Assembly: GCA_965116905.1 (NCBI GenBank)
Contig: OZ220732.1
Coordinates: forward strand, 968,970-1,032,969
Direction: 5' to 3'
Length of the DNA: 64,000 nt
From: Longimicrobiales bacterium
Lineage (GTDB): Bacteria > Gemmatimonadota > Gemmatimonadetes > Longimicrobiales > Gaopeijiaceae
The notes below the pieces were generated by a model that made no database searches, had not been told where the DNA came from, and saw only the letters and a program-made list of their open reading frames with translations. The position numbers and the translations under genes are program-made. Position 1 is the stretch's first letter. Each line of letters opens with the position of its first letter. Positions 52,742 through 62,333 of this stretch are shown here, piece after piece.

Positions 52742-54086
52742 GCCGGGGCAGCAGCACGCAGATGGAAATCAGGATCAGAGCGGCCGCAGCCGGCAATCCG
52801 GCCTGCGTTGCCCCGCCGGCGGGGGCGGCCGGCTCGAAGACGGGCACCTGCTCCCAGTCCACCTGAGCCACCGGTGTGGCCGAGAACAGGAACGGCTGGA
52901 AATGTTCCTTGAGGCGCTCGTGGTACCCCCGAACCGCTTCCTGGTAGGCGAGTTGGGTACCCAGGTCGGCTGAGGAGAGGCGGTCGAGCGCGATCTGGGT
53001 TGCAAGCGGCGGGACCAGCAGCGACCACCGGCGGGCCCACTCGTCCCGCCGTGTCAGGACCTCTCGGTAGGCGCGCGAGGCGTCCCGGGCGGCCTGGTCG
53101 CCCCGGTGATTCATCGCGTAGTACCACGCCCATGTAAACTCGTCTTCGGGAACGGTCCGGTCGCTCCACTGCGGGTAGTCCTCGAAGAAGGACTCCATCG
53201 TTTCGGCCTTAGGAAGATCCCACGCTTCGTGATACCCCTGGCGCTGGCGCACGGTCAGTTCCAGAGCTTCGGGGACGGGGTGCAGAATCGCATTCGTCAG
53301 GCTCAGGACCGCGGGAGCCAGAAAGGTGAGTGCCACCCAGACGCCGACCAGGATCATGGCATTGGCGGTCGAGGAGCGGCGTCCGCCGGCGATGCCCAGG
53401 CAGAGCGCGAACCAGAACAGGGCGTGGAGGGCGATCAGGGTGAATGCCCAGCCTGCACGGCCATCGGCGTCGACTCCTGCAAGGGACGCCCCGGCCAGGA
53501 CCAGTGACGCGACCAGGCCCGCCGCGAGGATCACACGCGCGGCGATCTTTGCGGCGATCAGCCGCCGGGGTCGGGCGAAGAGCCGGGCCATCCGCCACGT
53601 GCCCCGCTCCCGCTCGCCCGAAACGATGTCGTAGGTGACGGCTATGACGAAGAGCGGAAGCAGGGCGATGAGGATGAAGGTCAGGTCGATGTGCCCGGCG
53701 GCCGCGAGGCGCGGATTCAATGTCTCGTGTTCGTAGAGCTGTCCTTCGAGCGCCAGCAGCCGTATCCGCAGGCTGGCCGTCTCGACCGCCGTTCTGCCGC
53801 TCGCCAGTGCCGACAGTCGGGACGGTGGCTGGGGTGCCGGGAAGGCCAGGTAGTAAAGCGGTTCGCCCGCTTCCGTAGTCGGGGGATAGATGGACGACAG
53901 ATACGCGAGCTGATCCCGGTAGGCGGTTTCGGCCGCTGCCGTGGCGGCTTCGGCGGCCTGGATTCTCTGCTTCGCCTGCCAGCCCGCATACACTCCCAGC
54001 CCCAGCAGGAGCAGCACCGCGGCCGCGGTGCCGCCGGAGCGGACCACCCGGGCGAATTCAAGCCGGATCAGGCGCATCCACGCCAT
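52713..54086 (-). CDS. ABC-2/DUF3526-type permease (type B paralog)
   Basis: Multi-TM protein with VSGERERGTW. Resembles the 55565..56995 product. Start ATG 54086. Confidence 0.7.
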   Translation of the reverse strand: MAWMRLIRLEFARVVRSGGTAAAVLLLLGLGVYAGWQAKQRIQAAEAATAAAETAYRDQLAYLSSIYPPTTEAGEPLYYLAFPAPQPPSRLSALASGRTAVETASLRIRLLALEGQLYEHETLNPRLAAAGHIDLTFILIALLPLFVIAVTYDIVSGERERGTWRMARLFARPRRLIAAKIAARVILAAGLVASLVLAGASLAGVDADGRAGWAFTLIALHALFWFALCLGIAGGRRSSTANAMILVGVWVALTFLAPAVLSLTNAILHPVPEALELTVRQRQGYHEAWDLPKAETMESFFEDYPQWSDRTVPEDEFTWAWYYAMNHRGDQAARDASRAYREVLTRRDEWARRWSLLVPPLATQIALDRLSSADLGTQLAYQEAVRGYHERLKEHFQPFLFSATPVAQVDWEQVPVFEPAAPAGGATQAGLPAAAALILISICVLLPRLRPRPSPDS

Positions 54087-54115
54087 CGCGCGTTCGGATC
54101 TCGTCGGGCCGGCCC

Positions 54116-55564
54116 TCACGATCCGGAGCCGTCCACACCCACACGGGGCAGACGCTTGCGACCCAGCCCGAGACCCGCGAGAGGAAGAACGATCCACAGC
54201 CCCAGTGCAGCCAGCGACTGAGGACGATCCGCCAGTGCCCGGCGTAGAGTCGGCGGTTCTGGCTGGAATACGGGGAATCGTGTCCATTCCTGGCGCGCGA
54301 TGCGCTGGGCGCGGTCGTTCTCGTACCTGATCTCGTGGACGTGGAGGTCGTTGAGGCGCTGGATGATGTCATACCGGTGGGCCTCGGCCTGCACCCGGAA
54401 AGCTTCGACGGCCTCCGCCCCGGTGCCCGCTGCCCCCATCGACAGGTCCCGCGCCGCCAGATAGGGAGAGAGCAGCCCGAGCCAGGCCATGACGCGGTCC
54501 TGTCGTCGTTGGGCGGCGAGCAGTTCCTGCTGTTGTTCCTCGTTGATCCGGCTGGTGACCTCCTCGCCCTCGCGGCTTACGACCCCTCCCCAGTTGATCG
54601 GAAGTTCCTCGACGGACTCCACCCCGTAACGCGCCAGGTACTCATCGCGGAGTGCCCTGAAGAAGGGGTCGTCCGGGTTGTGGCTGTCCCCCACTCCCCT
54701 CTGCGCCTCCTCGACCTGGGCGGTGAACTGCGCACGCGACGGTATGGGATGAAGTGTGCCCGCGAGGGAAGCACCGAGGCGCGGAGCGGCAACGCACAGC
54801 GCGACCCATATCGCAACGAGCTGGGCCAGAGCGGCCCGGGAAGAGGCTCTGCGTGACGAGATCCAGACGGTCAGCAGCACCCACCCGGCAAGATACACCG
54901 CGTAGGCTACCGCGAGCGCCAGCAACCGTGTGGCCGAGGCCTGGCCCTCGCCTCCGACAGCGACGAATGCGGCCGTGACCAGCCCGATCGGAAGGGCTGC
55001 CGCCGCGGCTACCGCTCCGACGGCCAGCACCTTCCCTCCCATGATCTGCCCCGGCGTCGCGCCCTGGGCAAGGAGGAGCCGAAGGGTACCCCGTTCCCTC
55101 TCGCCGCTCACCGATGCGAACCCGGCCGCCACCACGAGCAATGGCAGGAGCAGCCCCAGCACCGCGGCCGGCGTAAGGCGCCCGAAACGCAGCATTCCGG
55201 TGGCGTGCCTCGCGTCGCCGAAGCTGGCGGCGTTCTGTCGGTGCCCTTCCAGGAAGAGCGACGTGCCCGCGTAGGCACCGACCCCCGGGTCGAAGAACGC
55301 GAGGGGTGCCTCCTCGCGGAAGACCAGGAAGCCGTAGTGGATCACCCGGTGCGGATGCCGGTCCGGCTGCTCAGCCCACTGACGATCAACCAGCGCCTGG
55401 TAGCGGGCGCGCTGTTCCGCCTCGCTCGCCGTGTGATGCCGGGCTCCGAGCACCGAGACGACCCCGAGGGAAACGACGAGCCCCAGCAGGAACAAGACGT
55501 AGCGATCCTCACGCATCGTACCGATCTGCCGCCGCGCCACGAGCAGCGTGTTGCGGAGACCCAC
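54116..55564 (-). CDS. ABC-2/DUF3526-type permease (type A paralog)
   Basis: ...HYGFLVF...FDPGVGAYAGTSLFLEGHRQN...SGERERGTLRLLL closely parallels the 56997..58409 product. Confidence 0.75.
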   Translation of the reverse strand: MGLRNTLLVARRQIGTMREDRYVLFLLGLVVSLGVVSVLGARHHTASEAEQRARYQALVDRQWAEQPDRHPHRVIHYGFLVFREEAPLAFFDPGVGAYAGTSLFLEGHRQNAASFGDARHATGMLRFGRLTPAAVLGLLLPLLVVAAGFASVSGERERGTLRLLLAQGATPGQIMGGKVLAVGAVAAAAALPIGLVTAAFVAVGGEGQASATRLLALAVAYAVYLAGWVLLTVWISSRRASSRAALAQLVAIWVALCVAAPRLGASLAGTLHPIPSRAQFTAQVEEAQRGVGDSHNPDDPFFRALRDEYLARYGVESVEELPINWGGVVSREGEEVTSRINEEQQQELLAAQRRQDRVMAWLGLLSPYLAARDLSMGAAGTGAEAVEAFRVQAEAHRYDIIQRLNDLHVHEIRYENDRAQRIARQEWTRFPVFQPEPPTLRRALADRPQSLAALGLWIVLPLAGLGLGRKRLPRVGVDGSGS

Positions 55565-56995
55565 TCAGTCTGCTCCCCGCACCCGCCCGAGCCCGACTCC
55601 GGCGCCCATCCCCACCAGCAGGACCAGCCCGCCCAGAACCGTCAGAGGAACCGCCGCGCGGCGTGCTGCGTCGCCGGGGCCTTCGTCCGCAAGGCGAAAC
55701 CTCGGCACGTTGGGGAGCACGCTGGCGGTCATCTGCTCGTCGGCCAGGATCGCCGGCACGAAGAACTCCCGCCATTGTTCCGCGAACGCCCGCACCTGCG
55801 ACTGGAAGTGGGCGAACCGCGCGTCCCCCGTCCCCGCGGCGTCGGCGAGCACCTCCTGGGCCAGCAGGGCGGGCGACAGGAAACGGTAGCGGCGCACCAG
55901 GACGATCTGATCGGCGCGCCGGGCGTCGTGTTCCGAGGTCACTTCCTCCAAACGGCGGTTCACGGCGTCCGTGGCGGCCCAGGCGAGGGCGCCCAGACCG
56001 GGTTCGTCGGCCACTACCCCCTCGGCCATTTCCGGATGGTCCTCAAGGTACCTGGCGAGCAGTTCGCTGCGCTGGTTCACGGCGTCGTTCGAAGCGTCGC
56101 GCTGGGCGGTGATCATCTCGACGCGAGACGGCAGCGGGTGGAGCAGGCCCGCCGCGATGTTGATCGCCGCCGGGAGCACCACCACGAGGACCAGCCACGC
56201 GCCCACCAGCACCGTGGCGTTCCAGGCAGAGGACCGGCGCAGGGTGTTGACCCACGCCGCGAGCACGAACCAGAAGAGCGAGTAGGCGACGACCGCGGCA
56301 CACCACAGAAGAACCCGCCCTGGTGAATCGAGGCCTCCCGTTGCCAGAATGCCCAGCAGCGAGATCGCGAGCACCATTCCCACCACCAGAAGCGCCCGGA
56401 ATGCAAGCTTCGCCGTCACGACATCCCGGACCGACACGGGCTGCGACAGCGTCAGCGCGAGCGTCCCCTGTTCGCGCTCCTCCGAGAGCACGTTGAAGCT
56501 CAGGGCCAGAATGAGCAGCGGCAGCAGGTAGACCACGACGAAGGCCAGGTCGAAGCGTCCCACCATCAGGTTGAGCGGGTTTTCGACCTCGCCGTTCTGT
56601 TGAAACGACGACTCGTTGGTGTAGATGTTGACGTCGTAGTAGTACGGCAGAAGATCGCTTTGCCCGACCGCCAGGGCCGTAAGGGAACCCGGTACCAGCA
56701 CCGCGGTGTGGCTGCCGCTGGGACCGCCCAGGACCAGCGGTGAGCGCGGGTCGGCAAAGGGCGAAGACGGTTGGCCGCCGGCTGCGATGGCGCTCAGTTC
56801 CTGCTCAAGGGCACTGGTGCGCTCGACGTTGCCGCTCTCGACGGCCTCTACGGTGCGCTCCTGAAACCGCAACCAGACCACGCCGTTTGCCAGCGCGTAT
56901 ACGAGGAGGACGGCGAAGAGCCCCAGCACGATGCGCAGCGCCCGATCGGCCATGAGCAGACGCCATTCGTTCCGCAGGACGGTACGTGCGGTCAT
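55565..56995 (-). CDS. ABC-2/DUF3526-type permease (type B paralog)
   Basis: MTARTVLRNEWRLLMADR...LSEEREQGTLALTL... Start ATG 56995, 1 nt after the upstream stop. Confidence 0.75.
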   Translation of the reverse strand: MTARTVLRNEWRLLMADRALRIVLGLFAVLLVYALANGVVWLRFQERTVEAVESGNVERTSALEQELSAIAAGGQPSSPFADPRSPLVLGGPSGSHTAVLVPGSLTALAVGQSDLLPYYYDVNIYTNESSFQQNGEVENPLNLMVGRFDLAFVVVYLLPLLILALSFNVLSEEREQGTLALTLSQPVSVRDVVTAKLAFRALLVVGMVLAISLLGILATGGLDSPGRVLLWCAAVVAYSLFWFVLAAWVNTLRRSSAWNATVLVGAWLVLVVVLPAAINIAAGLLHPLPSRVEMITAQRDASNDAVNQRSELLARYLEDHPEMAEGVVADEPGLGALAWAATDAVNRRLEEVTSEHDARRADQIVLVRRYRFLSPALLAQEVLADAAGTGDARFAHFQSQVRAFAEQWREFFVPAILADEQMTASVLPNVPRFRLADEGPGDAARRAAVPLTVLGGLVLLVGMGAGVGLGRVRGAD

Positions 56996-56996
56996 G

Positions 56997-58409
56997 CTAC
57001 GCGACCTCCGCGCGCCGCACACGCACCGCGGCGGCAATGATCGCTCCGACGAGCCACGTGCCAAGCACCAGAAGGGACAGGATCCGGTTGCCCAGCACCC
57101 AGCCCAGCGTCGGGGCGGCGTACTGCAGCGGAGGGACCGACTCCCAAAGCTCGGCACCGGCCGCGTACGAGAAGTCCCCGGTCAGCGAGTTTTCGGTCAT
57201 GTCGCCGTTCATCTGCCGCATCAGATCGCGGCGGTACGTTTCGGCGGCGGTGGCGAAGTGCCGGTGCTGCTCGACATCCGTGCCGGCCAGTCCCATCGAC
57301 AGTGTGCGCACCGCGAGCAGCGGCGCCGCGACCGCCAGCGTCTCGTGCACGACGCCCTGGCGCTCGAAGGTGTCCCACAGCGAGCCGTAGTTGCGGTCGA
57401 AGATCCGGTTGCCGAACTCCTCGCTCTCCTGCAGGTAGACGCCCACCGCGTTTATGGGCAGGTCCTCGACCCGCTCTACCCCGTACTCGGCGAGCAGACG
57501 CTCCGTCGACGCGTCCCGATCCGGAGGAGAGATGTCTCCCGCGCCGGTGGACATTTCGCTTTGCACGGTACGGGCGAACTCGAAGGCGGAGGGCGTCGGG
57601 TGAAGCCATTTCGACAGGTCCACCGCGACGCGCGGTGCCACGAGCCCGTTCACCACCCACACGGCCAGAAGGACCACCAGCGCGGTGCGCGCCGAGCGGG
57701 CCCACGCGGAGACGGCCAGCGACAGCCCCAGAAAGGCGGTGAAGTAAGCCAGATAGACGCCGGCGAGAACAGTGCCGCGAGCCAGCGGGGACGCGGCCGG
57801 ACCAGGACTTGAGACGACCAGCGCGGCCGCTCCCACCAGCGCGGCCGGCACCAGCAGCAGCGCCAGCGCTGCCGAGATACCCAGCGCCTTGCCCGCCGCG
57901 AGTTCGCGCCGGCCGACTCCGGTAGCCAGCAGCTGCCGCAATGTGCCGCGTTCCCGCTCGCTGGCCAGCGCGCCAAAGGTCAGCAGGATGATGAGGAGGG
58001 GCACGAGGTGCTGGAGTACCTGCGCCGCCGTCAGAGCCCCTATGCGCTGTGCCGCCGTCGCGTCCTGGGCCGGGCGCAGCAGGAAGTCGTTCTGCCGGTG
58101 TGCCTCCAGCCACACCGAGGTGCCCGTGTACGGGTCCACGCCCTCGTCGAAGAAGGACAGCGCCAGGCGCGGCTTGAATGCGTAGATGCCGTAGTGCGCC
58201 GCCGAGTGGGGATTCTTCTCGCCCTGCGTCTCCCAGTGGTCCCGGGCGGTGGCCTGGGCGGCCGCGTGTTCCTGTTGCGCGTTGCGGGCCTGAACCCATC
58301 CGTGGCCCAGGGAGATCAGCAGCAGCGATCCAACGAGGATCGAGCACCACCGGAACCGGCCGTCGCGAACCACATCGGTGAACTCCTTGCGGACTATGTG
58401 CCTGATCAT
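56997..58409 (-). CDS. ABC-2/DUF3526-type permease (type A paralog)
   Basis: MIRHIVRKEFTDVVRDGRF...HYGIYAF...FDEGVDPYTGTSVWLEAHRQN...SERERGTLRQLL. Confidence 0.75.
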   Translation of the reverse strand: MIRHIVRKEFTDVVRDGRFRWCSILVGSLLLISLGHGWVQARNAQQEHAAAQATARDHWETQGEKNPHSAAHYGIYAFKPRLALSFFDEGVDPYTGTSVWLEAHRQNDFLLRPAQDATAAQRIGALTAAQVLQHLVPLLIILLTFGALASERERGTLRQLLATGVGRRELAAGKALGISAALALLLVPAALVGAAALVVSSPGPAASPLARGTVLAGVYLAYFTAFLGLSLAVSAWARSARTALVVLLAVWVVNGLVAPRVAVDLSKWLHPTPSAFEFARTVQSEMSTGAGDISPPDRDASTERLLAEYGVERVEDLPINAVGVYLQESEEFGNRIFDRNYGSLWDTFERQGVVHETLAVAAPLLAVRTLSMGLAGTDVEQHRHFATAAETYRRDLMRQMNGDMTENSLTGDFSYAAGAELWESVPPLQYAAPTLGWVLGNRILSLLVLGTWLVGAIIAAAVRVRRAEVA

Positions 58410-58418
58410 CGACTTCTC

Positions 58419-59159
58419 CTAGTCGTGCATGTGTTTCAGGTAGATGCGTTCCAGATCGGCGTGGCCGATCTCGTCGGTGCTCAGCTCGGTGACCAGGCGT
58501 CCGTATCGCATGATGCCCACACGGGTGCCGGTGTCCTTGGCGCGAAACAGGTCGTGCGTCGCCATCAGCACCGCGACGCCGCGTTTTCGGAGCCTTTCGA
58601 CCAGTGCCGAGAACTCGTTCGACGCCTTGGGATCGAGACCGGATGTGGGCTCGTCGAGCAGCAGTGCGTCGGCCTCCTTCGCGATCGCGATCGCAATGCC
58701 GACCTTTTGCCGCATGCCCTTGGAGTACCCGGATACGCGGCGGTCGACCGCGTCCCGCTCCAGACCGGCTTCGACCAGGATTTCGGTGAGCCGCTCCCGG
58801 CCCAGCGATCCCCTCCCGCCCAGGGCGGCGAAGTACTCCAGGTTCTCCAGTCCGCTGAGATTGCGGTACAGCATCACCTGTTCGGGGATGTAGGCGAGGC
58901 GCTGCTTCGTCTCGCGATCGTGGGTGGCCACGTCCAGGCCGGAAACGAGGGCCTGGCCGCCCGAGGGCGCCACGAACCCGAGGAAGAGGTTGATGGTGGT
59001 CGTCTTCCCCGCGCCGTTGGGGCCGAGGAGGCAATAGACCTCCCCCGGTGCGATGGTCAGGTCGAGTGAGTCGAGGGCCCGCGTGTCACCGTAGTCCTTG
59101 CTGAGTCCGCGGGCCTCGAGAAGGGGCGTGTGCCCCGGCCGCGATTCGGCGGTCTGCAT
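58419..59159 (-). CDS. ABC transporter ATP-binding protein
   Basis: Walker A GPNGAGKTT, signature YSKGMRQKVGIAIAI, Walker B LLLDEPTSGLD. Confidence 0.9.
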   Translation of the reverse strand: MQTAESRPGHTPLLEARGLSKDYGDTRALDSLDLTIAPGEVYCLLGPNGAGKTTTINLFLGFVAPSGGQALVSGLDVATHDRETKQRLAYIPEQVMLYRNLSGLENLEYFAALGGRGSLGRERLTEILVEAGLERDAVDRRVSGYSKGMRQKVGIAIAIAKEADALLLDEPTSGLDPKASNEFSALVERLRKRGVAVLMATHDLFRAKDTGTRVGIMRYGRLVTELSTDEIGHADLERIYLKHMHD

Positions 59160-59252
59160 GTGTTTCCATCTCTCGCGTTGGGTACGCCGTCATCGGCGCA
59201 ACCGTTTGACTGGCCTGCTGCTGGCGTCCGGGCCGGCAGAGGGCTGGGATCG

Positions 59253-59567
59253 CTACAGAGAGATGGAAGGCGGCGGCGCGCGACTGCGATGAGGGGAGAG
59301 ATGGACGATTCCGGAGGTCAACCGGCTTCCGGGGAGTGCGGGGGTTCGCACCACGCCCGGCTCCAAGACGGCCGGAGCGTCCGCGGTGGCTGTCTGCACA
59401 CCCTGGTGGCCAAACTCACAGACGGAGCACACGGCCGACAGATCGGACTCCGTGTGCGTGTGAGTGCTTTCAAAGGCGGTCAAGAAGAGCAGGGAGAGGC
59501 CGATGGCGATTCCAGCCAGCGAACGCACGCGTCCCCGCGATCCTCTTAGACCGATCAGGTGGGTCAT
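59253..59567 (-). CDS. small membrane-anchored protein with a CxxC-x3-H motif (DUF2946-like?)
   Basis: TM helix LAGIAIGLSLLFLTAF followed by HTHTESDLSAVCSVCEFGHQ. SD GGAG lies 8 nt upstream of ATG 59567. The family assignment is from memory only. Confidence 0.4.
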   Translation of the reverse strand: MTHLIGLRGSRGRVRSLAGIAIGLSLLFLTAFESTHTHTESDLSAVCSVCEFGHQGVQTATADAPAVLEPGVVRTPALPGSRLTSGIVHLSPHRSRAPPPSISL

Positions 59568-59710
59568 GGTTCGCTCCGCCTTGCCCCGCAGACTCACACA
59601 CCGGCCCCGCGAGGCCAGCACCGACACGGACGTTACGACGAGTCGCCCGGCCAATCAAGCTACGCGAATCGGCCAGCCGGGGCTCTGGCAGAATCGCGGG
59701 GACGGCCACC

Positions 59711-59739
59711 TTGACCTGATAGCATTGCAATCATAGGAT
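59711..59739 (+). promoter_or_regulatory. sigma-70-like promoter with embedded palindrome, positioned for a leaderless transcript
   Basis: TTGACC (59711-59716), 17-nt spacer, TAGGAT (59734-59739). The palindrome ATTGCAAT (59724-59731) lies in the spacer. The ATG at 59745 is 5 nt after the -10 element. Confidence 0.5.
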
Positions 59740-59744
59740 GTCTC

Positions 59745-59813
59745 ATGGCAAGCATCACGATCCGCAACCTTGACGACGAGGTGAAGAGGAAGCTTCGCGT
59801 GCGTGCGGCACAC
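59745..59813 (+). pseudogene. relic of a ribbon-helix-helix (FitA/VapB-type) antitoxin, first 23 codons only
   Basis: MASITIRNLDDEVKRKLRVRAAH matches the conserved N-terminal beta-strand and helix of RHH antitoxins. It then runs in frame into a lipoprotein signal peptide. Confidence 0.55.
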
Positions 59814-61748
59814 ATGCCCGGGCTCGTGGTCCTGGCCCTCCTGCTGGGCTGTGCCTCGAGCCAATCCAGCCAGCCAGCCCAGCCCCTCGACCTCACCCTC
59901 GAGAACATCTACGGGCCCCGCGGCCGCGCGGGCGCCAGCGAAATCAGCCCCGACGGGCAGTACGTGGCGGTATCGGCCACGGGCCCGCAGGGGTCCGGGA
60001 TCTACCTGGTGCCGACGGGGCGCGGTGCCGCGGCGGCTGGCGAAGCAACCACACCCGGCGCCCCCAAAGCCGGCGCCCCCACCACCGGTGCCCCCACCAC
60101 CGGCGCGCTCTGGACCGAGGGCAATTCCCCGTCCTGGTTCCCGGACAGCGACCGCATCGTCTTCCGGCGCGGCGCCGACCTCTGGACCGTCGCGGTGGGC
60201 AGCAACGAAGCCGTGCGAATCACCACCGACGACGACAGCGAGCGCGCGCCCCGGGTTTCCCCCGACGGCAACCTGGTCGCCTTCTACTCGGGGCGCTCGG
60301 GCTACCAGGACATCTGGGTGGTTCCCGCCGACGGTTCCGGCGATCCCCGCCAGGTCACGTTCGATGCCTTCGCGCCCGACGACTTCCGCTGGTCCCCGGC
60401 GTGGGCTCCGGACAGCCGCCGGATCGCCTACGTATCGAACGCCGCCGACTACTGGCACGACGACATCTGGGTGGTCGACATCGAGACCCTCGACGCGCGC
60501 CAGGTGTCCCGCACGCTGATGGCCTCGACCGAGCCCGTGTGGTCGCCGGACGGCACGAGAATCGCGCTGCTGGGCACCCACAAGGACGGCTACTGGTACG
60601 AGGACCTCGCCGACATCTTCGTCCTCGACCCGGCGGCGGGCACGGAACGCACGGTGGACATGCAGATCCACGCCACCGACTGGCTGCACCGCATGCGGAT
60701 CTTCTGGTCCGGCGACGGCGAGCGCATTCATTTCCCCTACCATGAGCGCGGCGACTTCGACCTGTGGTCGGTGCCCGTCCAGGGTGGGGTGGCCACGCGC
60801 GTGACCAACATGGGCGGGTCGCTCGGCTCCATATCCTCCTCTGCCGGGTCGGAGACCTTTGCCTTCACGCGCGCGACCCCGACCCGGGGGTCGGACGTCG
60901 ACCTCATCCCCTCTGCCGGAGGCCCACTCCAACGCCTCACCAACTTCGCGGCCACCTGGACCACCGTGGTCGACCCTGTCGAGGTTTCCTTCCGCAGCTA
61001 CGACGGCCTCTATATCCAGGGCTTCCTGTACATGCCGCCCGACCACACCCCGGGCGAGCGTCACCCCGCCCTGGTGCAGGTGCACGGCGGCGGGACCAAC
61101 TCGTATCTGCACGGCGAGAACCTCTTCGAGCAGTACCTGGCGTCGCAGGGCTACGTGGTGCTGGCGGTCAACTACCGCGGCGGTTCGGGCTTCGGCCGCG
61201 AATTCCAGGACCTGGGGATCAACGACTGGGCCAACGGGCAGGCGCGCGACGCGGCGGCCGCCGGCGAGTTCCTGCGCACGCAGGACTACACGGACGGAAA
61301 GGTGGGGATCTACGGGTACAGCTATGGCGGCATCACGAGCATGGCTGCGATCGCGCGTGTGCCCGGAGTCTTCGACGCGGCGGTGCCGATGGCCGGCATC
61401 TACGACTTTGGCGACGCCTACACCAACGCAGACCGCATCGGCCGCATCTTCATCAGGACCGGCCATTCGGGCTCGCCGGAGGAGCAGCCCGACATCTACG
61501 CGGTGAGCAATACGCTGGCTCGCATCGGGAACATCGACACGCCCCTGCTCATCATGCACGGCGAGCTGGACGTGCGCGCGCCGTACCGCCAGTTCGAGAT
61601 CGCCGTGGCCGAACTGGAGCGCCACGGGAAGGTCTTCGAGAGCCGGAGCTACCCGGGCGAGACCCATGGACTGCGGCCGGCGGCGCGGATCGACATGTAC
61701 ACGCGCGCCGAGGCGTTTTTCGGCCGGATGCTGAGGGGCGACGGGTAG
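59814..61748 (+). CDS. S9 family serine peptidase lipoprotein
   Basis: Lipobox LLLGC, WSPDG-type propeller repeats, catalytic GYSYGG, and late D and H blocks (HGELDVRAP, GETHG). Contains a 15-bp tandem repeat encoding GAPKAGAPTTGAPTTG. Confidence 0.9.
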   Translation: MPGLVVLALLLGCASSQSSQPAQPLDLTLENIYGPRGRAGASEISPDGQYVAVSATGPQGSGIYLVPTGRGAAAAGEATTPGAPKAGAPTTGAPTTGALWTEGNSPSWFPDSDRIVFRRGADLWTVAVGSNEAVRITTDDDSERAPRVSPDGNLVAFYSGRSGYQDIWVVPADGSGDPRQVTFDAFAPDDFRWSPAWAPDSRRIAYVSNAADYWHDDIWVVDIETLDARQVSRTLMASTEPVWSPDGTRIALLGTHKDGYWYEDLADIFVLDPAAGTERTVDMQIHATDWLHRMRIFWSGDGERIHFPYHERGDFDLWSVPVQGGVATRVTNMGGSLGSISSSAGSETFAFTRATPTRGSDVDLIPSAGGPLQRLTNFAATWTTVVDPVEVSFRSYDGLYIQGFLYMPPDHTPGERHPALVQVHGGGTNSYLHGENLFEQYLASQGYVVLAVNYRGGSGFGREFQDLGINDWANGQARDAAAAGEFLRTQDYTDGKVGIYGYSYGGITSMAAIARVPGVFDAAVPMAGIYDFGDAYTNADRIGRIFIRTGHSGSPEEQPDIYAVSNTLARIGNIDTPLLIMHGELDVRAPYRQFEIAVAELERHGKVFESRSYPGETHGLRPAARIDMYTRAEAFFGRMLRGDG

Positions 61749-62066
61749 CCGAATCTTGCCGGGGCTGTAACCGGGGCGTAGCCTGAGCCGTAGTACTCAA
61801 GACGGAGAGGGGGTCTGGGCGGCGGCGCGGGGGTGAGGTTGAGCATAGGGAATGGGCTGGTGGAAGACGCCGCTGCGGGCCGATGGTGTGGCAATCCGGC
61901 CCGGCCTCATCTCGAGAGGAGTTGGGCGATGCTCTTCTGCCGAGCGCGCTCCTGTTCGCAGACGTTTCGCGACACACCTCGCCGTCCTGCGCCCGGTCGG
62001 TCACCCGGTTTCTGCTCCACTCCCTCCGCCATCGGAGATTCTGACGGGTCCATCCACAAAGGAGGA

Positions 62067-62333
62067 ATGATGAATGCTAACGTTTTCGAAAAGCGACCGA
62101 GGACGGTCCGGAAGAGGCGCTGGAAACCCGCAAATGCCATATCGGGGGCGGTGGCGCTGGCCATCGCCCTCGTTGTCGGCTCCCTGCCCACTCCGCTGGC
62201 GGCCCAGACCGGTACGATCAGCGGTGTCCTCACCAACGGAGAGACGGGCGAACCGCTCTCCAACGTCCAGATTTCCTTGAGGGGACGGGGCTCGGCACCC
62301 TCACCAACAACCAGGGCCGCTTCCTCCTCCTGA
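62067..62333 (+). CDS. N-terminal fragment of a TonB-dependent receptor (signal peptide plus first half of a CarboxypepD_reg-like domain)
   Basis: SD AAGGAGG. MMNANVF...LAAQTGTISGVLTNGETGEPLSNVQISL, after which the frame degenerates to a stop at 62333. Confidence 0.6.
   Translation: MMNANVFEKRPRTVRKRRWKPANAISGAVALAIALVVGSLPTPLAAQTGTISGVLTNGETGEPLSNVQISLRGRGSAPSPTTRAASSS

Noticed and set aside
61847-61900. GGGAATGGGCTGGTGGAAGACGCCGCTGCGGGCCGATGGTGTGGCAATCC in the 318-bp leader of the TonB-dependent receptor, loosely resembling the cobalamin-riboswitch core (GGGAA..GGTG..AA..CC..GC.G..CCCGCCACTG)
   Set aside because: The conserved GCCACTG segment and a downstream B12 box are not present, and the receptor is SusC-like rather than BtuB-like. 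This needs an Infernal scan (RF00174) before any claim.
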